Positions 8,860 through 17,894 of a stretch of DNA of 38,084 nucleotides are shown here, one piece after another. The position numbers were made by a program, and so were the translations under genes. How positions within the stretch are numbered: the stretch's first letter is position 1; every line of letters begins with the position of its first letter. The stretch is taken from positions 1 to 38,084 of the IMG/VR virus record IMGVR_UViG_3300017914_000816. One strand, written 5' to 3'. Origin of the DNA: a virus. Lineage: Duplodnaviria; Caudoviricetes. Under the pieces are notes generated by a model, which made no database searches, was not told the DNA's origin, and worked only from the letters and a program-made list of their open reading frames with translations.

Positions 8860-11812
8860 TGCTTACTCCTGCATTTAGTTCTTCAAAGCCACCTGTTCTC
8901 TTTTCAGCGAACACTTTGAAATCTACATTGTCTTTATTATACTTGTAATAAGCAGTAAAGTCAATGTTTCTTTGCTCTGTTTTCATATTAATTGTAGTAT
9001 CTGTATTGATTACTTCACCATCTAGTGTTCTAGCAGTAGGTACACTATAAGTCATTTTAGCATCTTCAATAGTAACCGGTTGACTTACTACTGCACCAAA
9101 ACCGTTTTTCTCTGCACCTAGTGTCCAAGTACTACTAACAACACCACCAGCATCTTTCAACATACTCCAATCATTACCATATTTGTTTTTGGTATAACCT
9201 AAACCAAATTGACCAAACACTTCAACGTTTTCATATGTTGCACTGTAATTCAAGTTAGCATAAGTTGTGTATGAATTCTCAAGATTACCATATGCACCTG
9301 TTTGTGTATTTGCAAGATAACTTTTATCTTCTGCAAAGAATCCAGGTTGTACACTCCAGTTAGCATTAATAGGATATGCAAACCAGTTAATGTGTTGTTC
9401 ATTGTTTGTATAACCAACATAGTTGTTTGTCAAAGACAATGTGCTAGTAAAGTTGTTTGCCCTTGTATCAGTTTTAACAACGTTACTCATATCTACATAA
9501 TAATCTCTTTCAAAACTATCAAGTACCATTACACTAGAAAGTTCTGCCAATGCACCACTACTACCTGAAGCATAACCAGATACTGTTGAAATGTTACCAT
9601 CTGTTCTACCACTAGTAGGAATACCCGTTGCTCCTACTGGTTGTGTAGCAGTATCCATATCCAACAAACCTTGTCCGTGTACATTCTCATCATAACCTGC
9701 AATAGTTTTATCAGCAGTTTGTGTAAGAAGTTTTACAAGGTTCTTACCTTTCATATGAGGCCACATTTGATGTATTACTGCCAATGCACCTGTTACGGCG
9801 GGAGCCGCCATACTAGTACCTGACATATGCAAGTAACCATCACCGTTGTTGTCTGTACTGTAAACACTTGTACCTGGAGCAAGGATGTAAAAGTCTTTAA
9901 TCTCTGCCGCATCTTTACAAGTATCATTTACATAAGTTGTACATACTGTACCTGCTTTGTTACTGAATCCTGAAATCTTTTTGTTAGCAATATCCCAACT
10001 ACCAACAACAATCATTTGTCCATCTAGGATCAAATTACCATTGTCATCAGTTGCAGTTGCCATTTGGTTCATACCAGCACTGTAATCTGTACCTTGGTTA
10101 CCAGCGGCTTTAACAAGTACCATTTCATTACCAAGTGATTGTTTCCAATAACCTGCTTCTGACTTGGCACCATTATAACCGTTTTGTCCATAATACCAAT
10201 GTGTACTATACCAGTTACCATCAGCACCTTTTGTAAGACTTGCTTTGAATCCGTTGTCCAACCTTACTTCAGCACTAACGTTAATTGCAATAGCACCATG
10301 CTCTTTACCCCAAGCCGCGGCGTTCCTTGCCCTGCTAAAACTATATGAAGTACTATCAGTTACTTTAGCAATCATCATCTTAACATCAGGAGCAACACCA
10401 ATCATACCAGTGTCATTCATTTCTGCACCAGTAATACCAGCAACGTGTGTACCATGTCCATTGATATCACTTACATCTGTTGAACCATCTATAAAGTTTT
10501 TAGTACTGTGAATTTGGTTATCCAAATCTTTGTGGTTAATGTTTGTACCACTATCAGCAATAATTACAATACTACCTTTACCAGTCCAACCTCTGCTCCA
10601 TGCCGCATCAGCCTTAATAGCCGCCAACAAATTATCTGCTTCGTAGTTAGCAAGAGCCATAAACTCTTCTGTTCTGTAAAGGTTAGCATCTTTAATTGCA
10701 CCGTCTGTTGGTGTACCTAAATCGCTATTAGTGTACTCGACAGTTTTATAGTTAACAGTGTCATTATTACTATCATCATTACCATTATCTGCATTGTCAT
10801 TGTTTTCCTCTTCGTTATTTTCTTCTTCGTTATTTTCTTCTTCTACAGGTGTGTCGCCATTCTTTACATACTCATATGTAATTACAGGACTTACTGGAAC
10901 ACTAACTGTTTCAGTTTCTGTTGTTTCAACAACTTTAACTGTACCATCACTCATAGTAACGTGATAGATTACATTCCAAGTTTTTTCAACAGTTTCTGAA
11001 TAGTTAGTTTGTACTCTATACTTTGTACAAGAACCTGTATATGTAGAACCATCTGTAAGTGTTTGGTCAACACAATCAACTTCACCGTGTAATGATTTAC
11101 TTACACCAGTTGCTTCTTTACCAATAACTTTTTGATTAACAAGTTCGTTTTTAACTTTCTCCCTAGAAACTTCTGTTGCTTCTTCGGGTACTTCAGGAGT
11201 TTCTTCTTTTTCTTCTTCCTTGTCATCTACCGGAGGAGTTTCTTCTTTTTCTTCCTCTTCTTTTTCTTCTTCTTCAACAATAGGAACAATATCAGTCTTT
11301 ACATCATCAACTGACTTTTCACCTTTACCAACTGCAACGAAATCAATTTTGTCTTCGTTTTCAGCAAAGGCTTTTACATCTAAATATTCTGAATGTTCAT
11401 CATCAAACTTACCAGAGTCTACAATACCCTGCCAAAAGTCTTCTTTACCATCATAGAAAACTTTTTTGTAACCTTTAAGTTTGTCCCAAGCAGTATCAAG
11501 TGACATAGTCTGACCATCTACTGTAACTTGGTATTTTGCAAACTCACTTGTATCTAAGTCTGCATTAGCATTCATCCATTTAAAAACTTCAACTGCTTCA
11601 GTGGCAGTCATTTTACCATCAGCAGTAACATCTCTCAATACTGAAAGTTGTGCAAAGTTATCTGTAGCAAGTGTATCAAAACTTACTGTACCAATATTAA
11701 TTGGAGTTGGAGCACTAATATTGACGGAACCACCGCCACCTCCACCGCCACCACAGGCAGTTAGTGCCAGCATACTTACCATTGATGTAATTGCTAGTGT
11801 TTTATTTTTCAT
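8843..11812 (-). CDS. lipidated subtilisin-like S8 serine protease with probable C-terminal beta-barrel (autotransporter-like)
   Basis: Lipobox LTA-C followed by poly-Gly; catalytic IADSG, HGTHVAG, AAGN, GTSMAAP; beta-strand-rich C-terminus ending SIGWKF. Confidence 0.9.
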   Translation of the reverse strand: MKNKTLAITSMVSMLALTACGGGGGGGGSVNISAPTPINIGTVSFDTLATDNFAQLSVLRDVTADGKMTATEAVEVFKWMNANADLDTSEFAKYQVTVDGQTMSLDTAWDKLKGYKKVFYDGKEDFWQGIVDSGKFDDEHSEYLDVKAFAENEDKIDFVAVGKGEKSVDDVKTDIVPIVEEEEKEEEEKEETPPVDDKEEEKEETPEVPEEATEVSREKVKNELVNQKVIGKEATGVSKSLHGEVDCVDQTLTDGSTYTGSCTKYRVQTNYSETVEKTWNVIYHVTMSDGTVKVVETTETETVSVPVSPVITYEYVKNGDTPVEEENNEEENNEEENNDNADNGNDDSNNDTVNYKTVEYTNSDLGTPTDGAIKDANLYRTEEFMALANYEADNLLAAIKADAAWSRGWTGKGSIVIIADSGTNINHKDLDNQIHSTKNFIDGSTDVSDINGHGTHVAGITGAEMNDTGMIGVAPDVKMMIAKVTDSTSYSFSRARNAAAWGKEHGAIAINVSAEVRLDNGFKASLTKGADGNWYSTHWYYGQNGYNGAKSEAGYWKQSLGNEMVLVKAAGNQGTDYSAGMNQMATATDDNGNLILDGQMIVVGSWDIANKKISGFSNKAGTVCTTYVNDTCKDAAEIKDFYILAPGTSVYSTDNNGDGYLHMSGTSMAAPAVTGALAVIHQMWPHMKGKNLVKLLTQTADKTIAGYDENVHGQGLLDMDTATQPVGATGIPTSGRTDGNISTVSGYASGSSGALAELSSVMVLDSFERDYYVDMSNVVKTDTRANNFTSTLSLTNNYVGYTNNEQHINWFAYPINANWSVQPGFFAEDKSYLANTQTGAYGNLENSYTTYANLNYSATYENVEVFGQFGLGYTKNKYGNDWSMLKDAGGVVSSTWTLGAEKNGFGAVVSQPVTIEDAKMTYSVPTARTLDGEVINTDTTINMKTEQRNIDFTAYYKYNKDNVDFKVFAEKRTGGFEELNAGVSIGWKF
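10799..10843 (-). repeat. 3x15-bp in-frame tandem repeat (EEENN)3 in protease linker
   Basis: gaagaagaaaataac x2 plus a variant copy; an EEEKEETP duplication also lies near 11196-11258. Confidence 0.8.
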
Positions 11813-11824
11813 CTAACTCTCCTT

Positions 11825-11914
11825 CTAAGAAAATAAACCAATTATAAAGAAGAATGTGAATAACCAAAATGCTACCCACAAACTTCCAGTAATTAAATTA
11901 ACTATGGCGTTCAT
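11825..11914 (-). CDS. 29-aa hydrophobic peptide
   Basis: ...LITGSLWVAFWLFTFFFIIGLFS; TAATG-coupled to upstream gene. Confidence 0.45.
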   Translation of the reverse strand: MNAIVNLITGSLWVAFWLFTFFFIIGLFS

Positions 11915-12171
11915 TACGCCGCCTCTAACATTTGCATTGGAACTGTGTAAACTGTGCCAATAGCACCATCAGTTTTAACCAAACATTTCTTTTGGTTAAC
12001 TTTTGTAATAGTACCCAAAGTCTTTTTAGTCTTTTGCACAATGTAAACTTTCATACCAACTGTTAGTGTTGATTTTGCATTAAGAACTTTAACTTCATTT
12101 ACAAAACTTGATAAAGCATTAAGTTCTGCTAACGACATTGACATAATTTCTTTTTTAAGATTTGCATTCAT
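11914..12171 (-). CDS. small SH3/KOW-like hypothetical protein
   Basis: LTVGMKVYIVQKTKKTLGTITKVNQKKCLV; GGAG RBS. Confidence 0.65.
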   Translation of the reverse strand: MNANLKKEIMSMSLAELNALSSFVNEVKVLNAKSTLTVGMKVYIVQKTKKTLGTITKVNQKKCLVKTDGAIGTVYTVPMQMLEAA

Positions 12172-12172
12172 A

Positions 12173-12376
12173 TTACTTGTCTCCTTTAATAAGAATTAAT
12201 GAACCAGTGATAAACATAGTAACACCAATAAACGCCGCCATCAGTGTTTCACTCAATGTGTTTGCTTGATCCATACATTTACCATCACAGTCACCACCGG
12301 CACCTGCCATAGCAATAAGACCCATAACTAACAGAAAAACACCAACTGTTTGCATTACTTTATTCATTGTTTTCAT
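12173..12376 (-). CDS. two-TM membrane protein
   Basis: Two hydrophobic helices flanking a CDGKC loop; AAGGAG RBS. Confidence 0.75.
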   Translation of the reverse strand: MKTMNKVMQTVGVFLLVMGLIAMAGAGGDCDGKCMDQANTLSETLMAAFIGVTMFITGSLILIKGDK

Positions 12377-12405
12377 TTAACTCCTTTTGTTTAACTTACT
12401 TTATT

Positions 12406-12433
12406 ATAGTAGCATATAATGGAAATCTGTCAA
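12406..12433 (-). promoter_or_regulatory. sigma70-like (early-type) promoter
   Basis: TTGACA-N16-TACTAT(AAT) with TG extended -10, just after a terminator. Confidence 0.75.
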
Positions 12434-12456
12434 CCTTTTACAGACAAAAAACCCAT

Positions 12457-12485
12457 AAAAAAAGCCTTGATTTACAAGGCTTTTT
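12457..12485. terminator. bidirectional rho-independent terminator
   Basis: A7-GCCTTG-attta-CAAGGC-T5. Confidence 0.85.
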
Positions 12486-12510
12486 AATCTTTTTTATAAA
12501 AAATAGTAAA

Positions 12511-12780
12511 TTATTCGTTACTAATTCGCTTGTTTAAGCGATATTGATCCTGTAATTTGAGGTATTTCTCGTATTCTTCACGTAATTCTGGGTATTCTCG
12601 CATTAGTATCCAGTCTGGAAATGGGCCTTCTTTCCATACATCATCTGTATATGCTTCAGTATCCGACATAGTTAATCCATGTGCTTCTATGACTTTTCTA
12701 ACACTTGAACCCATTTCTCGTTCGTATACTGTTTTACCGCCGTCTGGTGATTCGTAAATTTTAGGTTTTTCCTTGGGCAT
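12511..12780 (-). CDS. hypothetical protein
   Basis: Probable start MPKEKPKIYESPDGGKTVY. Confidence 0.7.
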   Translation of the reverse strand: MPKEKPKIYESPDGGKTVYEREMGSSVRKVIEAHGLTMSDTEAYTDDVWKEGPFPDWILMREYPELREEYEKYLKLQDQYRLNKRISNE

Positions 12781-13267
12781 CTTTGTACTCAAAGTTTTGA
12801 GTGTGGTCATTAATAGTAATTAATTTAGCACCATTTCTAATATGGAAATGTGTAGCCATAGGAGTAATAGGACTTAATGTAACTACTCTTTTAATGTGTG
12901 GCATTTCTTTATCAATAAACTGCTTTAGTTTTAGGATAATTTCTCTGCCTGCTCCACGTTTACGACTCCATACTGTATATGCAATCGCTATTGTTGGGTT
13001 TTCTTCTATACTAGATATCTTACTCATAAGTTCTAGTTCTTTTTCAGTAGTAGGAACTTCACTGGTAAAGGCTACGCAGACAATACCTTCTATACTATCT
13101 TCGTATTTGAGTCCATAGATTTTTCTGCCATACTCTGTTCTAAACGCCAAATCTAAATTTGGACGAACAGGATCTTCTGAAACATCAATGTCTTGTAACT
13201 CAACAAGTTCTGTTCCTTTAACCCATCTAAAGAAATTATCTAACTTGCCTTTATACTTTTGCATCAT
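12761..13267 (-). CDS. GNAT-fold / malonyl-CoA decarboxylase C-terminal-like protein
   Basis: AIAYTVWSRKRGAGREII (acyl-CoA-binding-like loop), VVTLSP, FHIRNGA. Confidence 0.55.
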   Translation of the reverse strand: MMQKYKGKLDNFFRWVKGTELVELQDIDVSEDPVRPNLDLAFRTEYGRKIYGLKYEDSIEGIVCVAFTSEVPTTEKELELMSKISSIEENPTIAIAYTVWSRKRGAGREIILKLKQFIDKEMPHIKRVVTLSPITPMATHFHIRNGAKLITINDHTQNFEYKDAQGKT

Positions 13268-13274
13268 AGAAATC

Positions 13275-13505
13275 CTAAACTATCTCTTCTACTATGCCGA
13301 GGGATTCGGCAACAATTAAAAGCACACCTGCCCACAATAGTGATCCGAAAAGGAGTGATACTCCTGCACCAATTCTTACTACACTTTTGACCAAACTGAC
13401 ATAAAAATGGCCCTTGCCCGGATCCTTGCCGGCAGGTGTGATCCCTGAGGATTCTTCTTCGTTCTTTGGAACGTAAACTCTTTCTGGTATTGGCATACTT
13501 GACAT
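13275..13505 (-). CDS. small membrane protein
   Basis: C-terminal hydrophobic hairpin; AAGGAG RBS. Confidence 0.7.
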   Translation of the reverse strand: MSSMPIPERVYVPKNEEESSGITPAGKDPGKGHFYVSLVKSVVRIGAGVSLLFGSLLWAGVLLIVAESLGIVEEIV

Positions 13506-13506
13506 T

Positions 13507-13608
13507 TTACTCCTTATCTTTTTCGCTATGTATCATAAATCTTACAAGTCCGTAAAAGACAAGAACACTAACAGGTACGCCTATAAAAAATAAACCTAAT
13601 AATTCCAT
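13507..13608 (-). CDS. 33-aa membrane peptide
   Basis: MELLGLFFIGVPVSVLVFYGLVRFMIHSEKDKE; fills gap. Confidence 0.5.
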   Translation of the reverse strand: MELLGLFFIGVPVSVLVFYGLVRFMIHSEKDKE

Positions 13609-13609
13609 A

Positions 13610-13771
13610 TTATCTTTTTATTGGTTTTCTTTTTTTAGACTGCGTTTTTCTTGCCTGTCTTTGTTTCTTCATATGGTTTTGTAACCATTGATGATCCTTA
13701 TCCATTAATACAGATCCATCTGAATAGATATGCATTGTCTCAGGCTTTGTAGTCTTTATTTGTTTATTCAT
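13610..13771 (-). CDS. small basic protein (53 aa)
   Basis: MNKQIKTTKPETMHIYSDG...KKQRQARKTQSKKRKPIKR; overlaps end of SET gene. Confidence 0.5.
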   Translation of the reverse strand: MNKQIKTTKPETMHIYSDGSVLMDKDHQWLQNHMKKQRQARKTQSKKRKPIKR

Positions 13772-14075
13772 TAAAGTCCTTATATAGAGTATATTTTGCA
13801 GTCAACTCTTCTCCTGCTTTGATAGGTTTTACTGTAATCAAATAACATACAGGTATCTGATGCCAAAAACCTCTAACGTTTTTACAGTTAGGTTCTTCTG
13901 AGTGATTGTAGAAAGCACCTAAGGCAGTTCGTATAGCACCATGTGGAAAGTTCTTATTCATAATATGAACTATACCTAATACCATATCGGCATCAAAGTC
14001 TTTTGTAGCAAAGAGTCCTAGCCCTTGTACATTAGATTCTTTAATAGTTAATCCGTCTGGTAATGGTCTATACAT
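13764..14075 (-). CDS. minimal SET-domain lysine methyltransferase
   Basis: GLGLFATKD, FYNHSEEPNC, IKAGEELTAKY are canonical SET motifs. Confidence 0.88.
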   Translation of the reverse strand: MYRPLPDGLTIKESNVQGLGLFATKDFDADMVLGIVHIMNKNFPHGAIRTALGAFYNHSEEPNCKNVRGFWHQIPVCYLITVKPIKAGEELTAKYTLYKDFNE

Positions 14076-14275
14076 TATTCAAAATCTGCTCTTACTATGT
14101 GCTTTCTCAATGCTCTAACAAGTTCTTCGATTTTATCTATTACTGCAATCATATCTCTATCAGTAATATATTTTTGTTTTTCTCTTAACTTGTCATACTC
14201 TTTTAGAGGTATAGTTACAGTACTTTGTTCATTTTCAAAAGTATGATCTACATCTCTGTCGTCAACACTTGTCAT
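14075..14275 (-). CDS. hypothetical protein
   Basis: Coupled ORF. Confidence 0.7.
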   Translation of the reverse strand: MTSVDDRDVDHTFENEQSTVTIPLKEYDKLREKQKYITDRDMIAVIDKIEELVRALRKHIVRADFE

Positions 14276-14281
14276 AAGTTC

Positions 14282-14968
14282 CTATCTAGGAGCGAACTCC
14301 TGTTGTAGTTTAATGTTATCCATAAACTCTTTTTTAGTACCCATGTCTTCAGTAAAGGCACCGCGAAGTACAGTTGTTTGTGTTAAACTACTGTGAGCAC
14401 CAATACCTCTGTTTTCACAACAACCATGTGTTGCTTGTAAGTAAACACCTACGTTAGAACTTCCTGTTGCTTTTTGTATTTCATCAGCAATAACATTATT
14501 AAGTTCTTCTTGTAGTGTTCCACGTCTTGCACACCATTGTGCAATCCTTGTATACTTGGATAGTCCAATTAGTTGCTCTGCCGCAATAATTCCAATATAT
14601 GCTACACCACTTACTGGTTGGTGGTGATGCGAACATACACTTTTAATTTCGCTTCTTACAACCAACATACCTTTATAACCATTTTCTACATGATTAGGAA
14701 ATGCAGTTGCATTGGGCATTGGATTATAACGACCAGACATGAGTTCGTTAATATACATCTTTGCAAGACGTCTACCTGTGTCCATACTATTAGGATCAGT
14801 ATGTCTATCAATAACTAATCCATCTAATACAGATTCAAATTTTGGCGTGAGTTCATCGATAAGTTTTTGCTTATCACCTTCTTCAAGGTATTGACTAATA
14901 TTATCTCCAGCCCAATAACGACCGTTACCGGACTCGATTCGCTTTTTAATTGTTTCGCTTATGCTCAT
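14282..14968 (-). CDS. folE: GTP cyclohydrolase I
   Basis: DTGRRLAKMY, SVCSHHHQP, IGLSKYTRI, LQEEL, ATHGCCENRG. Confidence 0.95.
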   Translation of the reverse strand: MSISETIKKRIESGNGRYWAGDNISQYLEEGDKQKLIDELTPKFESVLDGLVIDRHTDPNSMDTGRRLAKMYINELMSGRYNPMPNATAFPNHVENGYKGMLVVRSEIKSVCSHHHQPVSGVAYIGIIAAEQLIGLSKYTRIAQWCARRGTLQEELNNVIADEIQKATGSSNVGVYLQATHGCCENRGIGAHSSLTQTTVLRGAFTEDMGTKKEFMDNIKLQQEFAPR

Positions 14969-15007
14969 TAATTTCTCCTAGTTATACACGGCGAGACGTG
15001 TTTTTAT

Positions 15008-15037
15008 ATTGTATGATATTATTTAGGCAAATGTCAA
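15008..15037 (-). promoter_or_regulatory. composite sigma70-like promoter with CCTAAATA box (folE)
   Basis: TTGACA-tttgCCTAAATAatatca(18)-TACAAT. Confidence 0.78.
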
Positions 15038-15237
15038 GCAAAATATTTGTTTAACATCTCTAATCTATCATGTGCAGTAGCCATTTTATCCAATTCTTTT
15101 TGAATTGTTTCAATGATATCACTATGCTCACCGATGCCTACAACCTTCTGCATATAGACTTCGATGTTAGTTTGATGTAGTTTAATCTCTGCTTCTGCGT
15201 GTGCCTTTGCGGCTTCGATTAATTGTTCTTTCAACAT
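15034..15237 (-). CDS. T4-like phage hypothetical protein
   Basis: VGIGEHSDII motif; GGAG RBS. Confidence 0.75.
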   Translation of the reverse strand: MLKEQLIEAAKAHAEAEIKLHQTNIEVYMQKVVGIGEHSDIIETIQKELDKMATAHDRLEMLNKYFA

Positions 15238-15246
15238 AACACTCCA

Positions 15247-15594
15247 TTACTTTTTATAGTTGCCTTTATCAGGGATAACGTGTCTTACACCACCCCTTGG
15301 GTCTTTCATATCGCCTTTACGTCGTGGTATTAAATGAACGTGTGGATACATAACAGTTTGCCCTGCTTCTGTACCTACATTTTGTCCAACGTTGTATGCA
15401 TCACAATATCCGTTTTGCACCCAATCATATCCCCAACCATAGGCGGCTTTGTAACACTTTTCTAACTTGTCCCAAGTTTCTTCTTTAGGAACAAATAGTA
15501 TGTGTCCTTCTGTAACAGGAAAGCCATCTTTAAATACTGTATAGTCTCTAGTATCTATAACAACGTCTTTCCAAGGTACTTCATTAAACTGCAT
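15247..15594 (-). CDS. HIT family nucleotide hydrolase
   Basis: DGFPVTEGHILFVPK, AGQTVMYPHVHLIPR; start re-assigned to MQFNEVPW. Confidence 0.88.
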   Translation of the reverse strand: MQFNEVPWKDVVIDTRDYTVFKDGFPVTEGHILFVPKEETWDKLEKCYKAAYGWGYDWVQNGYCDAYNVGQNVGTEAGQTVMYPHVHLIPRRKGDMKDPRGGVRHVIPDKGNYKK

Positions 15595-16678
15595 CAACAC
15601 TATCCTTAATTGCTTGATATAGTTTAGTACCATCAAAGAACTGTTCAAGTTGATGTTGCAACTCTACGTTCTTTAATTTGTATTCATCATAATTTTCTAC
15701 CATGTCTTTAATCTTATCAACTAGTTTCCATGGATTTTTCTTTAAGTCATCGATGCTAGTTGTAAGTTCATTTGCATATTTAAATTCATTTGTATACATT
15801 TCATAGTAACTTAATCTATCAGGAACTAAAGGTAATGCACCTACAAGACTACCTTCATATGCACCAATGCCTAATGTTTCTTGTAAGTTTGCACTAAACA
15901 CAATCTTAGACTTTGCAAGTAACTGATGATACTCGTCTTTAGATAATTGCTTTTCTTGTGCAAATATAAATTCATAATCTGGAAGTAATGTTGCCAAATG
16001 TTCAAATATTTCTGGTTGTTTCTCTGGTGCCATTCTATGTGGAAACAATACAATGTTTTCTTTGTCTTTACCTTTGTATGGAGCCAGTGTACTTTTTAAG
16101 TACTCCATAGGCCAACCAACTATTTGCATCTGACCACTTGCTAAATTCTTTTCAATATCTTCTACAGTATTTAGAAAACTTTGAGCAAAAAGGTTTACAT
16201 GGAATCTTGTTGCAAAGAAGTTATGGTCATAACATTCAAACATACTTGCTTCTGCATAACGTACCCAAGGTTTAGCACCAATTAGTCTACCCAAAAAGTC
16301 TGCTGGATCATAACTACCGGCGTGCCACATACCGCCAATTTTAATTTTGATATTTAATAGTTCAGCCATATACTTTAACTGAATTACTGTAGGGTTCCAT
16401 GCATCTGTATACAAGAAGTAATCACCGTCTTTAACTGTACCACTTGCTACAAGGTTTGCAATTTCCAACATCTGTTGACTTTTATAACTGTTGGTACCGG
16501 CAAAGTTTAAAAAGGCGCCTGGTGTTGTAGTTTGCGGAACCTCTCCGCCACTAATTATCTGTACATGGTAATCTTCCTCACCTAAGAAAGTTTGCATCTG
16601 TTCTGGCAAGAACTTTTTCCACTGTGCCGTATACCTTGTTTCAACAGGTTCTAAATCAACTATGTAAATTGTTTTCAT
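15584..16678 (-). CDS. GT-B fold glycosyltransferase (GT4-like)
   Basis: VLFPHRMAPEKQPE, SANLQETLGIGAYEG (E-x7-E), VPDRLSYYEM; start MKTIYIVD. Confidence 0.85.
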   Translation of the reverse strand: MKTIYIVDLEPVETRYTAQWKKFLPEQMQTFLGEEDYHVQIISGGEVPQTTTPGAFLNFAGTNSYKSQQMLEIANLVASGTVKDGDYFLYTDAWNPTVIQLKYMAELLNIKIKIGGMWHAGSYDPADFLGRLIGAKPWVRYAEASMFECYDHNFFATRFHVNLFAQSFLNTVEDIEKNLASGQMQIVGWPMEYLKSTLAPYKGKDKENIVLFPHRMAPEKQPEIFEHLATLLPDYEFIFAQEKQLSKDEYHQLLAKSKIVFSANLQETLGIGAYEGSLVGALPLVPDRLSYYEMYTNEFKYANELTTSIDDLKKNPWKLVDKIKDMVENYDEYKLKNVELQHQLEQFFDGTKLYQAIKDSVDAV

Positions 16679-16842
16679 TAATTTCTCTTTTCTTTGATTG
16701 CTTCTTCCCATTTTTCTTTAACGGTTCTGCTATCGTTGTTTTCATATTTAATTTTGTAAGAGTGTTCATGTTCTTTTAGAACTTGAGTACCAAGTATAAA
16801 AGCAAATGCTAATACAAATGTTACTACATAAAACTTACTCAT
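16678..16842 (-). CDS. small membrane-anchored protein
   Basis: MSKFYVVTFVLAFAFILG TM helix. Confidence 0.55.
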   Translation of the reverse strand: MSKFYVVTFVLAFAFILGTQVLKEHEHSYKIKYENNDSRTVKEKWEEAIKEKRN

Positions 16843-17227
16843 GTTCCCCACCTGGATCATTTTTATCAAAATAAACTTTATGTGGATTACCTGCTTTATC
16901 ATAACCTATAGTATAACCTCTTGTTCTACCTAAACTATGATAACTGCCAAACTTATAATTTAGTTTGCCGCTTTTAATATCATGAAACTGTTTGAATGTA
17001 TAATACATAGCAAATATAATTGCAATATGTCCAACAACTAATCCAGTCCAAACGTTTGGAATAACCATACCCCAAACTAATAAAGTGAATGCCGTTGACC
17101 AAACAAAACTTAATACAGTTAATACTTGTAATCTAACAACTTTAGGTAATGCACGAAGGTCATTTTTCGTATCATCAAATAAAATTGTTGCCGCATTTAT
17201 CATCCATTGTTTCATAACTAACTCCAT
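16835..17227 (-). CDS. two-TM membrane protein
   Basis: Hydrophobic helices; ends NDPGGEHE. Confidence 0.75.
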   Translation of the reverse strand: MELVMKQWMINAATILFDDTKNDLRALPKVVRLQVLTVLSFVWSTAFTLLVWGMVIPNVWTGLVVGHIAIIFAMYYTFKQFHDIKSGKLNYKFGSYHSLGRTRGYTIGYDKAGNPHKVYFDKNDPGGEHE

Positions 17228-17230
17228 TAT

Positions 17231-17431
17231 CTATTTTCGTTTACGCATAGCCTTCCCGTCCCGAATCCATTGATTATATGGACGTCGCTTGTTGGCAATG
17301 CTTTTCTGCATATGCCCCCAAGGACTGTTATTTCTGCCGATATCGGCTTCATTGAATGGGTATCCATTCTCAACACAAAATTCACGGTACTCATCAATCT
17401 GCTTAAAGATTGTTTCCATGTGCGGTTGCAT
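17231..17431 (-). CDS. hypothetical protein
   Basis: YREFCVENGYPFNEAD; GAGG upstream. Confidence 0.65.
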   Translation of the reverse strand: MQPHMETIFKQIDEYREFCVENGYPFNEADIGRNNSPWGHMQKSIANKRRPYNQWIRDGKAMRKRK

Positions 17432-17455
17432 TTTTTAAGTATCCTCTTCATATAC

Positions 17456-17878
17456 CTATTGGTTCATATAAGCGTCTAGTGTTTTTTTGAACTTACCTGC
17501 GTGAGATTTTTCTGCTTTTGCAAGTGTTTCAAACCAGTCTGCAATTTCATCAAAGCCTTCTTCTCTGGCTGTTCTTGCCATACCAGGATACATATCTGTA
17601 TACTCGTGTGTCTCACCATGAATAGCACTTTTTAAATTTGCTTCTGTTTCCCCCATTGGTTCACCTGTTGCAGGATCTCCAACTTCTTCTAAATACTCTA
17701 AATGTCCATGTGCGTGTCCAGTTTCACCTTCAGCAGTTGATCTAAACACACCAGCAACATCTGGAGCACCTTCTATATCTGCCTTTTGAGCAAAGTATAG
17801 ATATCTTCTATTTGCTTGGCTTTCGCCTGCAAATGCATCTTTTAAGTTTTGTGCAGTTTTACTGTCTTTTAGTTCCAT
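17456..17878 (-). CDS. short-chain rubrerythrin (di-iron domain only)
   Basis: [36 protein letters not shown]; no C-terminal rubredoxin CxxC; start MELKDSK. Confidence 0.92.
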   Translation of the reverse strand: MELKDSKTAQNLKDAFAGESQANRRYLYFAQKADIEGAPDVAGVFRSTAEGETGHAHGHLEYLEEVGDPATGEPMGETEANLKSAIHGETHEYTDMYPGMARTAREEGFDEIADWFETLAKAEKSHAGKFKKTLDAYMNQ

Positions 17879-17894
17879 AAAGTTACCTTTATTG

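Noticed and set aside
10799-11275. Short repeats as CRISPR, DGR or VNTR element
   Set aside because: In-frame low-complexity Glu/Asn/Lys linker; no spacers and no reverse transcriptase nearby
17227-17451. Alternate-frame ORF over 17231-17431
   Set aside because: The other frame has a more protein-like sequence; same reasoning for 15871-16053 and 24383-24577 inside the GT and PolB genes
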